A stretch of 64,000 nt of DNA from Acidobacteriota bacterium (GCA_037447115.1 JBBIHH010000007.1:17188-81187), one strand, 5' to 3'. Positions 41,659 through 52,115 are shown, counted from the first letter of the stretch. Made by a program: numbers and translations. The notes: generated by a model from the letters alone, not told the origin.

Positions 41659-43064
41659 GGCCGACGATGGCATCGCACGACGCGCTGGGCTCGCGCCTCG
41701 ATTTGCGCGGGCGGCGCGTGCTCGTCGTCGGGCTCGGGGCGAGCGGCCGCGCCGCCGCGCGGGTGGCCCTCGCCCTGGGGGCCCGCGTGCTGGCGGCCGA
41801 CCAGCGCGACGCGCCAGAACTGGCGAGCGGGCTCGTGGGATCCGAGCTCGAGCTCCATCTGGGAGGCCACCCGCCGGAGCTCGCGGATCGGGTGGACCTC
41901 GTGATCGTGAGCCCCGGAGTTCCGCTCGCCACCCCGGTCCTCGCCCGGGCACAAGCCCGGGGCATTCCGATCTGGGGCGAGGTCGAGCTCGGGGCGCGCC
42001 TGCTGCGCGGGCGGCTCATCGGCATCACGGGATCCAACGGGAAGAGCACGACGACCGCGATGGCCGGGGCGATCCTGCGGGCCGCCGGGCTTCCCGGCGG
42101 CACGGGGGGCAACCTCGGCCCGCCACTGACCGAGCTCGTGCAGGCCGACGCGCCGCACGCGGTGCACGCCGTCGAACTCTCCTCGTTCCAACTCGAAACC
42201 ATCGTCTCCCTGCGGGCGCACGTGGCCGTCATCCTCAATCTCGAACCGGACCACCTCGACCGCCACGGCAGCTTCGACGCCTACGTGGCGGCCAAAGCGC
42301 GGTTGCTCGACACGCAAGGCCCCCACGACTTCGCCGTGCTCAACGCGGACGACCCCTGCACCCGCGCGCTCGCCGGCCGCGTGCGGGGACACCTGGCCTA
42401 CTTCTCGCTCCGCGAGCGGGTGGTCCCGGGCGCCTACCTCGACGGCGAGCAGCTGGTGGTGGCCCTCGAGGGGCCACCGGAGATCCTGCTGCGGCGGCAC
42501 GAGCTCCCCCTGCCCGGCGAGCACAACGTGGCCAACGCGCTGGCCGCGGCCCTCGCTTGCCGCCTGGTGGGCTGCCCGCCGGAAGCCATCGCCCGGGCAC
42601 AGCGCGCGTTCCGCGCCCTGCCTCACCGCCTCCAGTTCGTGGCCGAGGTGGACGGGGTCGCCTTCTTCGACGATTCCAAGGCCACCAACCCCGCCGCCGC
42701 CGCGCGGGCCCTCGCGTCCTTCCCCGCCGGCCGCGTGCACCTGATCCTGGGCGGGCGCGACAAGGGCGCGGACTGGTCGCCCCTGATCGCGCTGCTCCCG
42801 CGCCATGTGCGCGCGGTGTGGCTCGTGGGCGAAGCGGCAGCCGCGCTGGCGCGCCTGATCGGCGACCGCGTGCCCGCCATCGTTTGCGGGTCGGTGCGCC
42901 GGGCGGTGCGCGCCGCGTTCGAGGCCGCGGCGTGCGGCGACGTGGTGCTCCTCGCCCCGGGTTGCGCTTCGTTCGATCAGTACGCCAACTACGAGGAGCG
43001 GGGCCGCGACTTCCAGCGCGCCGTGCAGGACATCCTCCCGGCAGAAGGAGGTGGCCGTGCCTAG
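41655..43064 (+). CDS. murD: UDP-N-acetylmuramoylalanine--D-glutamate ligase MurD
   Basis: ATGA overlap with mraY. VLVVGLGASGRAAA, GITGSNGKSTT. Confidence 0.9.
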   Translation: MRPTMASHDALGSRLDLRGRRVLVVGLGASGRAAARVALALGARVLAADQRDAPELASGLVGSELELHLGGHPPELADRVDLVIVSPGVPLATPVLARAQARGIPIWGEVELGARLLRGRLIGITGSNGKSTTTAMAGAILRAAGLPGGTGGNLGPPLTELVQADAPHAVHAVELSSFQLETIVSLRAHVAVILNLEPDHLDRHGSFDAYVAAKARLLDTQGPHDFAVLNADDPCTRALAGRVRGHLAYFSLRERVVPGAYLDGEQLVVALEGPPEILLRRHELPLPGEHNVANALAAALACRLVGCPPEAIARAQRAFRALPHRLQFVAEVDGVAFFDDSKATNPAAAARALASFPAGRVHLILGGRDKGADWSPLIALLPRHVRAVWLVGEAAAALARLIGDRVPAIVCGSVRRAVRAAFEAAACGDVVLLAPGCASFDQYANYEERGRDFQRAVQDILPAEGGGRA

Positions 43065-44148
43065 ACGGCGCGTCGTCGACCCCTGGCTGGTTCTGACCGC
43101 TGCGGGGTTGCTCTTGCTGGGCACCTTCATGGTCGCGAGCGCCTCGCAGTACGTGGCCATGCACCACGGCTTGGCGCCGGCCCACTACTTGTGGCGGCGA
43201 CTGGCGCACCTGGCGCTCGGCGCCGCGGCGCTCGCCGCCGGCGCCGCGATACCCTACGAGCGCCTCTCGCAACGCTGGCTGGTCATGGGATGCGTGGGGC
43301 TCGTGGTGCTGGCGCTCGTGGGAGTACTCCTGACGACGCCCATCGGCGGCGCGCGCCGTTGGTTCCGCCTGGGAGCCTTCAACCTGCAACCCTCGGAGGC
43401 GGCGAAGCTCGCCGTCGTGCTGTTCATGGCGCGGCTGCTCTCGCGCAAAGAACGCGAGACGAGCGACCCCTGGGCCGTGCCGGTGCCGGCGTTCGTGGTC
43501 GTGGGAACGATCGCAGGGCTCGTGATGGTGGAACCCGATCTGGGCACGGCGGTGCTGATCTTCGGGACAGCCTTTGCCATGCTGTTCGTGGCGGGCCTGC
43601 CCTGGCGCTACGTAGGGCTCGCCCTGGCGGCAGGGGTGGCCGTCGTGGCGTGGGCCATCGCGGTGGAGCCCTACCGGCTGGAACGCGTGTGGGCCTATCT
43701 CGACCCCGAGGCCGACGCCCTGGGCTCGGGTTTCCAGGTGCAGCAGGCCCGCATCGCCATCGGCAACGGCGGGCTGTGGGGCGTCGGTCTGGGTCAGGGC
43801 CAGCAGAAGGCGCTCTACCTGCCGGAGCCTCACACGGATTTCATCTATGCCGTCATGGCCGAGGAGCTGGGGGTGCTGGGAGGTACGGGGGTACTCGCGG
43901 CGTTTCTGCTGCTCGGCTGGCGCGGCCTGCGGGCGGCGCGGCGAGCGCCGGATCGCTTCGGTTTCTACCTGGCGCTGGGGATCACGGTGTGGATCGTCGG
44001 CCAGGGGCTCGTGCACATGGGGGTGTGCCTGGGCGTGCTGCCCACGAAGGGGCTCCCGCTTCCTTTCATCAGCTATGGTGGCTCGTCCCTGCTCGCCACG
44101 ATGGCAGGCATGGGACTGCTGCTGAACGTGTCGCAGCATGCTCGTTGA
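43057..44148 (+). CDS. ftsW: Peptidoglycan glycosyltransferase / lipid II flippase-family protein FtsW
   Basis: ORF from GTG 43051. GTG 43057 is preferred because it gives better spacing from the GAAGGAG SD. SEDS pattern: FNLQPSEAAKLAVVLFMA, HTDFIYAVMAEELG, PFISYGGSSLL. Confidence 0.85.
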   Translation: MPRRRVVDPWLVLTAAGLLLLGTFMVASASQYVAMHHGLAPAHYLWRRLAHLALGAAALAAGAAIPYERLSQRWLVMGCVGLVVLALVGVLLTTPIGGARRWFRLGAFNLQPSEAAKLAVVLFMARLLSRKERETSDPWAVPVPAFVVVGTIAGLVMVEPDLGTAVLIFGTAFAMLFVAGLPWRYVGLALAAGVAVVAWAIAVEPYRLERVWAYLDPEADALGSGFQVQQARIAIGNGGLWGVGLGQGQQKALYLPEPHTDFIYAVMAEELGVLGGTGVLAAFLLLGWRGLRAARRAPDRFGFYLALGITVWIVGQGLVHMGVCLGVLPTKGLPLPFISYGGSSLLATMAGMGLLLNVSQHAR

Positions 44149-45388
44149 AGCTCGAGTCCGCGGGGCCCGCCCCTGGAGCGCCCGGCGCTCGGCGCTGGCC
44201 ACGAGCGGCGGCACGGGCCACGAGCCGCAGGCCCCCGCCGGCCGTGCTCCCGCGTCCCCTGCGAGCGCCCCCGCAGCGGCCGTGCGCATCCTCCTCGCCG
44301 CGGGCGGTACGGGCGGCCACGTATTCCCGGCTCTCGCCGTGGCCCGGGAGCTGGAACGGCGGTGGCCGGCGGCGCAGATCGAATTCGTCGGCACCGCGCA
44401 CGGTCCGGAGCGCCGGTGGGTTCGCGAGGCAGGATACGCCCTGCGGACCCTGCGCGTGCGCGGGATGCAGGGCCGGCGGCTCCCGGCCAAACTGGCGGCG
44501 CTCGCGGGAGCCTGGGCCGCCACGCTGCGCTGCTGGAGATGGATGCGGCGCGAGCGGCCGTCGCTGGTCATCGGTGCCGGCGGCTACGCGAGCGCGCCGG
44601 CGATCCTGGCGGCAAAGCTTCTCGGAGTGCGGACGATCCTCCTCGAGCAGAATCACCTGCCGGGCGCGACGAACCGGTGGCTCGCGCGCTACGTCGATCT
44701 CGTTTGCGTGCCTTCGGAGCAGGCTCGGGCACGCCTGCGCGGCCGGGCGGTGATCACGGGCAACCCGGTGCGCGAGGCCTTCGCGCGCATCGGCGAGCCC
44801 GAGCAGGCGGCGCGGCCCACCGTCCTCGTCGTCGGGGGAAGCCGAGGAGCACGCTCGATCAACCAGGCCGTGTGCGACGCGCTGGCCGTGATCGCTCGCT
44901 GGGAGACCCCGCCGCGGTTCGTGCACCAGACGGGGGTCGAGGATCTGGAGCAGGTACGGGAGCGCTATGCGGCATATCCCGGGGCCTACGAGATCGCCGC
45001 TTTCTTCGACGACCTCGCCACCCGTTACGCCGCGGCGCATCTGGTAGTCTCACGCGCGGGGGCGACGACGATCGCCGAGCTCGCCGCGGCGGGCCGAGCC
45101 TCGCTGCTCGTGCCCTACCCGCACGCCGCCGACGATCATCAGCGCGTCAACGCGGCGTTCCTGGCGCAGGCGGGCGCGGCCCTCGTCGTGGAGGACCGGG
45201 AGCTGACGGGAGCGCGGCTCGCGCGGGAGATCGGGGCCCTGCTCGCCGACCGGGAACGACTGCGCGCCATGGGTCAGGCGGCGCGTCGCGTGGCGCGACC
45301 CGACGCGGCCGCGCGCATCGCGACGCTCGCGCTCGAGCTGGCGCTCCCGGCGGCACCCGCGGCGAGGAGGCCCGGGGATGTTCCGTAG
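44138..45388 (+). CDS. murG: UDP-N-acetylglucosamine--N-acetylmuramyl-(pentapeptide) pyrophosphoryl-undecaprenol GlcNAc transferase MurG
   Basis: ILLAAGGTGGHVFPA and a C-terminal GT28 pattern. The start is either ATG 44138 (11-nt overlap with ftsW, giving a 48-aa Ala/Arg/Pro-rich extension) or GTG 44282. Confidence 0.85.
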   Translation: MLVEARVRGARPWSARRSALATSGGTGHEPQAPAGRAPASPASAPAAAVRILLAAGGTGGHVFPALAVARELERRWPAAQIEFVGTAHGPERRWVREAGYALRTLRVRGMQGRRLPAKLAALAGAWAATLRCWRWMRRERPSLVIGAGGYASAPAILAAKLLGVRTILLEQNHLPGATNRWLARYVDLVCVPSEQARARLRGRAVITGNPVREAFARIGEPEQAARPTVLVVGGSRGARSINQAVCDALAVIARWETPPRFVHQTGVEDLEQVRERYAAYPGAYEIAAFFDDLATRYAAAHLVVSRAGATTIAELAAAGRASLLVPYPHAADDHQRVNAAFLAQAGAALVVEDRELTGARLAREIGALLADRERLRAMGQAARRVARPDAAARIATLALELALPAAPAARRPGDVP

Positions 45389-46778
45389 AGCGCGCCGGTT
45401 GCACTTCGTGGGGATCGGCGGCTCGGGCATGAGCGGGATCGCGGAGGTGCTGTTGAACCTGGGTTACGAAGTCTCGGGATCCGATCTCGCGACTAACACC
45501 GCGACGCGTCGGCTGCGGCGGCTCGGCGCGCGGGTCCAGCGCGGTCACCGGCCCGAGCATGTGCACGGCGCCGACGTCGTCGTCCTCTCCTCCGCCGTCG
45601 GCCGCGACAATCCGGAAGTCGTCGAGGCGCGACGGCTGGGCATCCCCGTCATCCCGCGAGCCGAAATGCTGGCGGAGCTGATGCGGATGAAGCACTCCGT
45701 GCTCGTCGCCGGAGCCCACGGGAAAACCTCGACGACGGGCATGATCGCGGAAGTACTCACCCGCGGACGGCTCGACCCGACGGTCGTCATCGGCGGTCGG
45801 CTCGCCAAGCTCCGCTCCGGGGCCAAGCTGGGCAACGGTCCCTTGCTCGTGGCGGAGGCGGACGAATCCGACGGTTCGTTCCTCAGAATGACCCCGACGA
45901 TCGCCGTGGTGACCAACATCGATCGGGAGCACTTGGACCATTACCCGGACCTGGGCGCGATCCAAGACGCCTTCGTCGAGTTCCTCTCTCGCGTGCCCTT
46001 CTACGGCGCCGCCGTCGTCTGCCTCGACGATCCCAACGTGCGCGCCATTCTACCCCGCGTGGACCGGCGTCTCGTGACCTACGGCTTCAGTAGCGAAGCG
46101 GACATGCGGGCCACGGGCGTCACGCTCTCGGGGTTGCGCTGTCAATACCGGGCATCGTGGCGCGGGCGCGAGCTGGGCGAGGTCCAGCTCCGGGTCCCGG
46201 GGCGTCACTCGGTGTCCAACAGTCTGGCCGCCCTGGCGGTGGCGCTCGAGCTCGAGGTGCCCTTCGCCACCGCGGCCCGGGCTCTGGCCGCCTTTCGGGG
46301 CGCGGAACGTCGCTTCCAGGTGCGCGGCGAGGCGTTCGGCGCCCGGGTCATCGACGACTACGGGCACCATCCCACGGAGATCCACGCGACGCTCGCGGCC
46401 ATCCGCGAGGCCTTCGGGGCGCGGACGCTCGTCGTCTTCCAGCCGCATCGCTACACGCGCACGAAGTTCTTGCTCGAGGATTTCGGCCGGGCCTTCTTCC
46501 TCGCCGACCACGTGATCGTGACGGAGATCTACCCGGCCGGCGAAGCACCCATTCCCGGTGTCGAGGGCCGCACCGTCGCGGAGGCGCTCGTGCGTCACGG
46601 GCATCCCGCGGTCGAGTTCGAGAGCCGCCCGGCGCAGATCGTCAAGCGACTGCGGGAGCTGGTGCGCCCGGCCGACATCGTGCTGACGCTGGGGGCTGGA
46701 GACGTGTGGAAGGTCGCGGAGGGCCTCCTGCGGGCGGCGCGGCCGGCACGGCCCCGGGCGCGGGAGAGCGAGCGATGA
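45378..46778 (+). CDS. murC: UDP-N-acetylmuramate--L-alanine ligase MurC
   Basis: HFVGIGGSGMSGIAEVL, AGAHGKTSTT, DDYGHHPTEI. It overlaps murG by 11 nt. Confidence 0.9.
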   Translation: MFRRARRLHFVGIGGSGMSGIAEVLLNLGYEVSGSDLATNTATRRLRRLGARVQRGHRPEHVHGADVVVLSSAVGRDNPEVVEARRLGIPVIPRAEMLAELMRMKHSVLVAGAHGKTSTTGMIAEVLTRGRLDPTVVIGGRLAKLRSGAKLGNGPLLVAEADESDGSFLRMTPTIAVVTNIDREHLDHYPDLGAIQDAFVEFLSRVPFYGAAVVCLDDPNVRAILPRVDRRLVTYGFSSEADMRATGVTLSGLRCQYRASWRGRELGEVQLRVPGRHSVSNSLAALAVALELEVPFATAARALAAFRGAERRFQVRGEAFGARVIDDYGHHPTEIHATLAAIREAFGARTLVVFQPHRYTRTKFLLEDFGRAFFLADHVIVTEIYPAGEAPIPGVEGRTVAEALVRHGHPAVEFESRPAQIVKRLRELVRPADIVLTLGAGDVWKVAEGLLRAARPARPRARESER

Positions 46779-47629
46779 CACCGCGGGCCGGTACGCTGGG
46801 CCGGGAGGCGGAGCGCGCGTACTGGCGCCACCGCGCCAACCGCCGCGTACGCAAGCGCCGCCGGTTGCAGGTCGTGCTGCGCGGCACCGGCGCGCTCGTC
46901 CTGCATTTCCTCGCGCTCGGTTTGCTCGCCGTCTCCCTGCGGGGGCTGGTGCAGCAGGCTCGCAAGAGCGCCGAGTTCAGGGTCAGGGCGATCGAGTTCG
47001 AAGGGGTGGACGCCGAGAGGGCTGCGGCGCTCGAGGCGCGCCTTGCCGGGTTTCTCGGACAGAACATCTGGTCGGTGGATCTCGGAGCGCTCGCGCGACG
47101 GGTAAAGGAGGAACCGTGGGTGCGAGGCTGCACCGTACGCCGGCGGCTGCCGGGGACGCTGCGCATCCGCGTGGAGCCGCGCCGACCGAGGGCCATCGCG
47201 TTGCTCGAACTCGGCCCCCAGTTCGTGGATGGGGAAGGGGCGCTGCTCGGCCCGGCCGCGACGAGCGCCACGCTCCCGCGGCTGGGCGGCCTGACTCGAC
47301 TGCCCGCGCCCGCGCGCAACCGTGCGCTCGAACGCGGGCTCAGCGCCCTGGAGCGCCTCGAAGCGGAGGGTGCCTGGAACGGGACTCCCCTCGAGCTCGA
47401 CCTGGGTTACCCCGACCGCATCGTCGTCCGTACCGGCGCCGACCACCCCCCCCTGCTCCTCGATCCGGAACGGCCCGAGCAAAACCTCCGCGCCTACCTC
47501 GCGCTCCAGGCCGAGATCGGCTCGCGCGTGGGGCCGAGCGAGTACGTGGACCTCCGGTGGGAGGGGCGCATCGCCGTCATGCCTTGGACGGAAGCGGTAA
47601 CCGAGAACCATATCGCCGAGGGTAGGTGA
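46775..47629 (+). CDS. ftsQ: Cell division protein FtsQ (POTRA domain)
   Basis: ATGA overlap with murC. TM segment ALVLHFLALGLLAVSL, then a POTRA-like FRVRAIEFEGV...NIWSVDL...V..RRRLPGTLRIRVEPR. Confidence 0.8.
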   Translation: MTPRAGTLGREAERAYWRHRANRRVRKRRRLQVVLRGTGALVLHFLALGLLAVSLRGLVQQARKSAEFRVRAIEFEGVDAERAAALEARLAGFLGQNIWSVDLGALARRVKEEPWVRGCTVRRRLPGTLRIRVEPRRPRAIALLELGPQFVDGEGALLGPAATSATLPRLGGLTRLPAPARNRALERGLSALERLEAEGAWNGTPLELDLGYPDRIVVRTGADHPPLLLDPERPEQNLRAYLALQAEIGSRVGPSEYVDLRWEGRIAVMPWTEAVTENHIAEGR

Positions 47630-47632
47630 ACC

Positions 47633-48871
47633 ATGGGCAAGAACGAACGTTACGTCGTGGGCCTCGACATCGGCACCTCCAAGATCGCCTGCGTCGTGGG
47701 GGAGGTGCGCGAGAGCGGCGCTGTGGACATCGTGGGCATCGGCGAGGCTCCATCGCGCGGGATTCGCCGGGGCATTGTGGTCAACCTCGACGCCACCGCC
47801 GAGGCCGTGCGCAATGCGGTGGAACAGGCGGAGCTGATGGCGGGGGTCAGCGTCGAGGCGGCCACGGTGGGTCTCGCCGGAGGCCACATCCGTACCTTCA
47901 ACAGCCGGGGTGTGGTGGCCGTCACCGGGCGCGACCACACGGTCTCGCGCGAGGACGTCTCCCGCGTGCTCGAGGCGGCACGCGCGGTGAGCATCCCCGA
48001 GGATCGGGAGATCGTCCACGTGCTGCCGCAGGAATATGCGGTGGACGAGCAGCCGGGCATCGCCAATCCCGTGGGCCTCACCGGCAGCCGGCTGGAGGCC
48101 AACGTCCACATCGTCACCGGCGCCAGCACGCAGATCCAGAACCTCGTCACGTGCGTCAACCGGGCGGGCGTCGAGGTACGCGACATGGTGCTCGAGACGC
48201 TGGCCACCGCCGAAGCGGTGCTGACGCGCGACGAAAAGGAGCTCGGCGTGGCGCTCGTCGACATCGGTGGCGGGACCACGGACCTCGCCGTCTTCGAGCG
48301 CGGCTCCCTCTGGCACAGCAGCGTCGTCCCCGTGGGAGGCGGCCACTTCACGAACGACCTCGCCGTGGGCCTGCGCGCCCCGATCCCGGAAGCGGAGCGG
48401 CTCAAGCGGCAATACGGCTGCTGTCTGGCCTCGATGATCGAGGAGGACGAGGCGATCGAGGTTCCCACAGTCGGAGGGCGCAAACCGCGGTTGCTTTCGC
48501 GACAGGTGATGGCTGAAATCCTGCAACCGCGCGCGGAAGAGCTGTTCGCGATCCTGCAGGGGGAGATCGAGCGGGCAGGCTTCGAGCGCGCGCTCAACGC
48601 GGGTGTCGTGCTCACCGGAGGCGGGTGCCTCCTGCCGGGGATGACGGACGTGGCGGAGCAGGTGTTCGAACTGCCGGTGCGACAGGGACAGGTGACCGGG
48701 GTGGGCGGACTGACGGAGCCCGCGTCGGGGCCCGAGTACGCCGTGGCGATCGGGCTGGCCCTCTACGGGGCTCGTCACCGGGAGTCCCAGCACCGCGCGG
48801 GACTGCCCGTCCGGGCGGGGCTGCTGACACGCGTCAGCGGCCGCATGCGGGCGTGGTTCCAGATCTTCTGA
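47633..48871 (+). CDS. ftsA: Cell division protein FtsA
   Basis: VVGLDIGTSKIACVVGE, an actin-like fold, VDIGGGTTDLAVF, and a C-terminal amphipathic RMRAWFQIF. Confidence 0.9.
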   Translation: MGKNERYVVGLDIGTSKIACVVGEVRESGAVDIVGIGEAPSRGIRRGIVVNLDATAEAVRNAVEQAELMAGVSVEAATVGLAGGHIRTFNSRGVVAVTGRDHTVSREDVSRVLEAARAVSIPEDREIVHVLPQEYAVDEQPGIANPVGLTGSRLEANVHIVTGASTQIQNLVTCVNRAGVEVRDMVLETLATAEAVLTRDEKELGVALVDIGGGTTDLAVFERGSLWHSSVVPVGGGHFTNDLAVGLRAPIPEAERLKRQYGCCLASMIEEDEAIEVPTVGGRKPRLLSRQVMAEILQPRAEELFAILQGEIERAGFERALNAGVVLTGGGCLLPGMTDVAEQVFELPVRQGQVTGVGGLTEPASGPEYAVAIGLALYGARHRESQHRAGLPVRAGLLTRVSGRMRAWFQIF

Positions 48872-48919
48872 GCGGGTGGGGTTTCGAACCGCGAGGATCG
48901 CGAAAGCGAGGGGGTGCGG

Positions 48920-50098
48920 ATGATCACGATGGACGACCCGCAGGACCGCGGGCTCGCGCTCGAGGAAGCGCAACCCGCGCAGGCGGTGATCAAGGTCGTG
49001 GGGGTCGGGGGAGGCGGCGGCAACGCGGTCAACCGCATGATCCGCTCCGGCGTGGCCGGCGTGGAGTTCATCGCGGCGAACACCGATTGCCAGGCGCTGC
49101 GGGCCAACCAGGCCCCGCACAAGCTGCAACTGGGGGCCAAGCTGACCAGGGGCCTCGGCGCCGGAGGCAACCCGGAGATCGGGCGCAGCGCAGCCCTGGA
49201 GGACACGGAGAAGATCCTCGAAGCGCTCCAGGGGGCGGACATGGTCTTCGTCACCACCGGCCTCGGCGGCGGCACGGGCACCGGCGCCGCGCCGATCATC
49301 GCCAACCTGGCGCGCGAAATGGGATCGCTCGTCGTCGCCGTCGTGACCCTGCCCTTCGGCTTCGAAGGCCGGCGCCGCCGGATGCAAGCCGAGGAAGGCC
49401 TGGCAGCGCTGCGTCAGGTGGTGGATACGGCGATCACGATCCCCAACGACAAGCTGCTCCACACCGTGGAGACCGGCACACCCCTCGCGGAGGCGTTTCT
49501 CCTCGCGGATGATATACTGCGCCAAGCGGTCCAGGGGATCTCCGACCTGATCACCGTTCCCGGAGAGATCAACCTGGATTTCGCGGATGTCAAGGCCATC
49601 ATGACGGGCATGGGCATGGCGCTGATGGGCACGGGGGTCGCCGAAGGCGAGCACCGGGCCATCGAGGCGGCGCAGCGGGCGATCGCCTCCCCGCTGCTCG
49701 AGGACGCCTCGATTCACGGCGCGCGGGGCGTGCTGATCAACATCACCGGCGGCGAGGACATGACGCTCCACGAGGTCTCCGAAGCCGCCGACATCGTGCA
49801 ACAGGCCGCCGATCCAGACGCGAACATCATCTTCGGGACGGTGATCGATCGCGCCATGCAGGGCAAGATCAAGATCACCGTCATCGCCACCGGCTTCGCG
49901 CGCGAAGCGTCGCGACCCGTGCCGGTGCGCGAGGCTCAAACCCCCGCGCGGCGGGCCGAGCTGCGCCCGCGCCTGCGGGTGGCACCGCAGGCGGGCGAGC
50001 TCGACTTCGAAGAGGGCGAGGAGGGGTTCGGGCCGAATTTCCGGGGCATGAAGGACGACCTGGACGTCCCGGCCTTCCTGCGCAAGCAGATGGATTGA
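48920..50098 (+). CDS. ftsZ: Cell division GTPase FtsZ
   Basis: ATG 48920 (GAGGGGG SD; the ORF opens at GTG 48914). [11 protein letters not shown], the tubulin signature [12 protein letters not shown], and the C-terminal peptide [12 protein letters not shown]. Confidence 0.95.
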   Translation: MITMDDPQDRGLALEEAQPAQAVIKVVGVGGGGGNAVNRMIRSGVAGVEFIAANTDCQALRANQAPHKLQLGAKLTRGLGAGGNPEIGRSAALEDTEKILEALQGADMVFVTTGLGGGTGTGAAPIIANLAREMGSLVVAVVTLPFGFEGRRRRMQAEEGLAALRQVVDTAITIPNDKLLHTVETGTPLAEAFLLADDILRQAVQGISDLITVPGEINLDFADVKAIMTGMGMALMGTGVAEGEHRAIEAAQRAIASPLLEDASIHGARGVLINITGGEDMTLHEVSEAADIVQQAADPDANIIFGTVIDRAMQGKIKITVIATGFAREASRPVPVREAQTPARRAELRPRLRVAPQAGELDFEEGEEGFGPNFRGMKDDLDVPAFLRKQMD

Positions 50099-50105
50099 GC
50101 GTGTC

Positions 50106-51137
50106 ATGAACGGGGCCCGCGAGCCGCAACGCCGGACGCTGCTCGTCATCGACGACGATCGGGAGACGGCCGCGCTGCTGCGCTCGTGGTTCGCGGGCCA
50201 ACCCTACGAGATTCTGGAAGCCACGGACGCCGAGCAGGGGTTGCGCGCCGCCGAGACCCGTGCGCCCGATCTGATCCTGTTGGATGTGCGCATGCCGGGC
50301 ATGGATGGCCTCGCGGCGGCACGCGTGCTCAAACAGCGCGAGACGACCCGCACCATTCCCGTCATCTTGCTCACCGCGTGCCGCGACGTCCAGGCCAAGG
50401 TGGAGGCCTTCGATGCGGGGGCCGATGACTACGTGACGAAACCCTTCGAGTTCGAAGAAGTGGACGCGCGCATTCGAGCCATGTTGCGCAAGCGCGAGCT
50501 CTATCTGGAACTGGAGCTCGCGGTGAGCGATCTCCAGCGCACGAACGCGAAGCTCGAAGAGCTGGCGATCGTGGACGACAAGACCGGGCTCGCTAACTAC
50601 CGGCAGTTCCGCCGCACCCTCGACGTGGAATGGCTGCGCGCCGAACGCTACGGCAATCCCCTCTCGCTGGTCATGCTCGACCTGGACGACTTCAAACGGA
50701 TCAACGACACCCACGGGCATCTTGTGGGGGACCGTGTGTTGCGCGAGCTTGCCACGCTCGTCGCCGGAGGCGCCCGCGCCACCGACATGGCCGCCCGCTA
50801 CGGGGGGGAGGAGTTCGCCGTCATCCTACCCCACACCGACCGGCCCATGGCCGAACGCGTCGCCGAGCGCATTCGCGACGCGGTGGCGCGTTTCGTGTTC
50901 GTGGAAGGCGAGCAGTCGCTCAAGCTCACGGTGTCCGCCGGTGTCGCGACCTTTCCTTCGTTCGAGGAGGTCGACTCGCCCGACGCCCTCGTGCGCGCGG
51001 CCGACCGCGCCCTCTACGAGGCCAAGCGCGCAGGCAAGAATCGCGTCGTCGCTTACGCCACCGTGCGCCGCGCTAGCGCCCGCACCGGACCCCACGGTCC
51101 CGAACGGCCGCGCCCGGGCCCCACCCTCGAGCATTGA
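50106..51137 (+). CDS. Response regulator-diguanylate cyclase (REC + GGDEF, PleD/WspR-like)
   Basis: LLVIDDDRETA, LILLDVRMPGMDG, DDYVTKPF, a coiled-coil linker, and GGDEF with active site RYGGEEFAV. RATD lies five residues upstream (I-site RxxD). Confidence 0.9.
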   Translation: MNGAREPQRRTLLVIDDDRETAALLRSWFAGQPYEILEATDAEQGLRAAETRAPDLILLDVRMPGMDGLAAARVLKQRETTRTIPVILLTACRDVQAKVEAFDAGADDYVTKPFEFEEVDARIRAMLRKRELYLELELAVSDLQRTNAKLEELAIVDDKTGLANYRQFRRTLDVEWLRAERYGNPLSLVMLDLDDFKRINDTHGHLVGDRVLRELATLVAGGARATDMAARYGGEEFAVILPHTDRPMAERVAERIRDAVARFVFVEGEQSLKLTVSAGVATFPSFEEVDSPDALVRAADRALYEAKRAGKNRVVAYATVRRASARTGPHGPERPRPGPTLEH

Positions 51138-51172
51138 GTTGCGCCGCGCCCTTGGGGGCGGGCCCCTTCGCG

Positions 51173-52087
51173 ATGCGCGTCTATTTCTGGGGGGTACGCG
51201 GTTCGCTGGCCAGCCCGCCTTCCCCCCGGGCATGGCAGCGCTGGCTCGGCAGGCTGCGCGCGGCGCGCGCCCGGACGGGCGTGCTTTTCGAGCGGCGGCC
51301 CCCTCCCCCTCCCGGGCTGACGGGAGGCCACACCCCGTGCGTGGAGGTGCGCCACAGACGGCAACGCTTGGTCCTCGACGCGGGCACGGGTCTCGTCCGC
51401 CTGGGGCGCGCGCTGATGCGCGGCGCGTTCGGCCGGGGCCGCGGGACGCTCGACCTGCTCGTCAGCCACACCCACTGGGACCACATCCAGGGCTTCCCTT
51501 TTTTCGAGCCTGCCTACCGGCGGGGCAACCGGCTGACGATCCACGGCCCCCAGCGCCACCTGGCACGCGCGTTTCGCCGGCAGCAGCATCCGGACCATTT
51601 CCCCGTACCCCTCGAAGCCCTGCCCGCTCGGATCCGCTTCCGGCGCAGTCCTGTGGAGCGCTGGTTCCGCATCGGGGACCTGCGGGTCTACGCCCTGCGC
51701 GTCCCGCACCCGGGCGAGTGTTACGCCTTCCGCATCGAGAGCGACCTGTGTAGCCTTGTCTACGCCACCGATCTCGAGGTGCGCACCGCTAGCCGGGGCC
51801 CCGGAGCGGCGTTGGCACGACTGGCGCAGGGGGCGGCGTTGCTCATCTTCGACGCCTACCACGGTACGGGCCGGCCCCGCGGATGGGGCCACAGCAGCGC
51901 CACCCTCGCGGCGCAGGTCGCGGCTCGCGCCGGGGTGCGGCGCCTGGCGCTGTTCCACCACGACCCCCGCGCGGACGACCGCGCCCTCACCCGGGCCGCC
52001 GAACGGGCGCGCCGGGAGCTGCGCCGGCTGGGCGCGTCGTGCGAGGTCCTCGTGGCGCGAGAGGACGAGGCGTGCCGGCTCGCCTGA
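51173..52087 (+). CDS. MBL-fold metallo-hydrolase
   Basis: ORF 51134 (TTG) trimmed to ATG 51173 (MRVYFWGVRGS). HxHxDH motif VSHTHWDHIQG; later GHSS and LFHHDP. Confidence 0.75.
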   Translation: MRVYFWGVRGSLASPPSPRAWQRWLGRLRAARARTGVLFERRPPPPPGLTGGHTPCVEVRHRRQRLVLDAGTGLVRLGRALMRGAFGRGRGTLDLLVSHTHWDHIQGFPFFEPAYRRGNRLTIHGPQRHLARAFRRQQHPDHFPVPLEALPARIRFRRSPVERWFRIGDLRVYALRVPHPGECYAFRIESDLCSLVYATDLEVRTASRGPGAALARLAQGAALLIFDAYHGTGRPRGWGHSSATLAAQVAARAGVRRLALFHHDPRADDRALTRAAERARRELRRLGASCEVLVAREDEACRLA

Positions 52088-52115
52088 GGCGGGCCGGGAA
52101 AGGAGGAGGTGACCG

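Noticed and set aside
46595-50149. A 1184-aa ORF on the minus strand lies opposite ftsQ, ftsA and ftsZ.
   Set aside because: It is antisense to three genes with unmistakable motifs. Its translation is Arg/Gly/Pro/Ala-rich with no recognisable domain. Long stop-free antisense frames are expected in very GC-rich DNA.
51813-51828. A TGGCAC-gactg-GCGCA element could be a sigma-54 promoter.
   Set aside because: It lies inside the MBL-fold gene, lacks the TT of the -12 box, and is about 290 nt from the next start codon (DoxX). A chance match is likely in GC-rich coding sequence.
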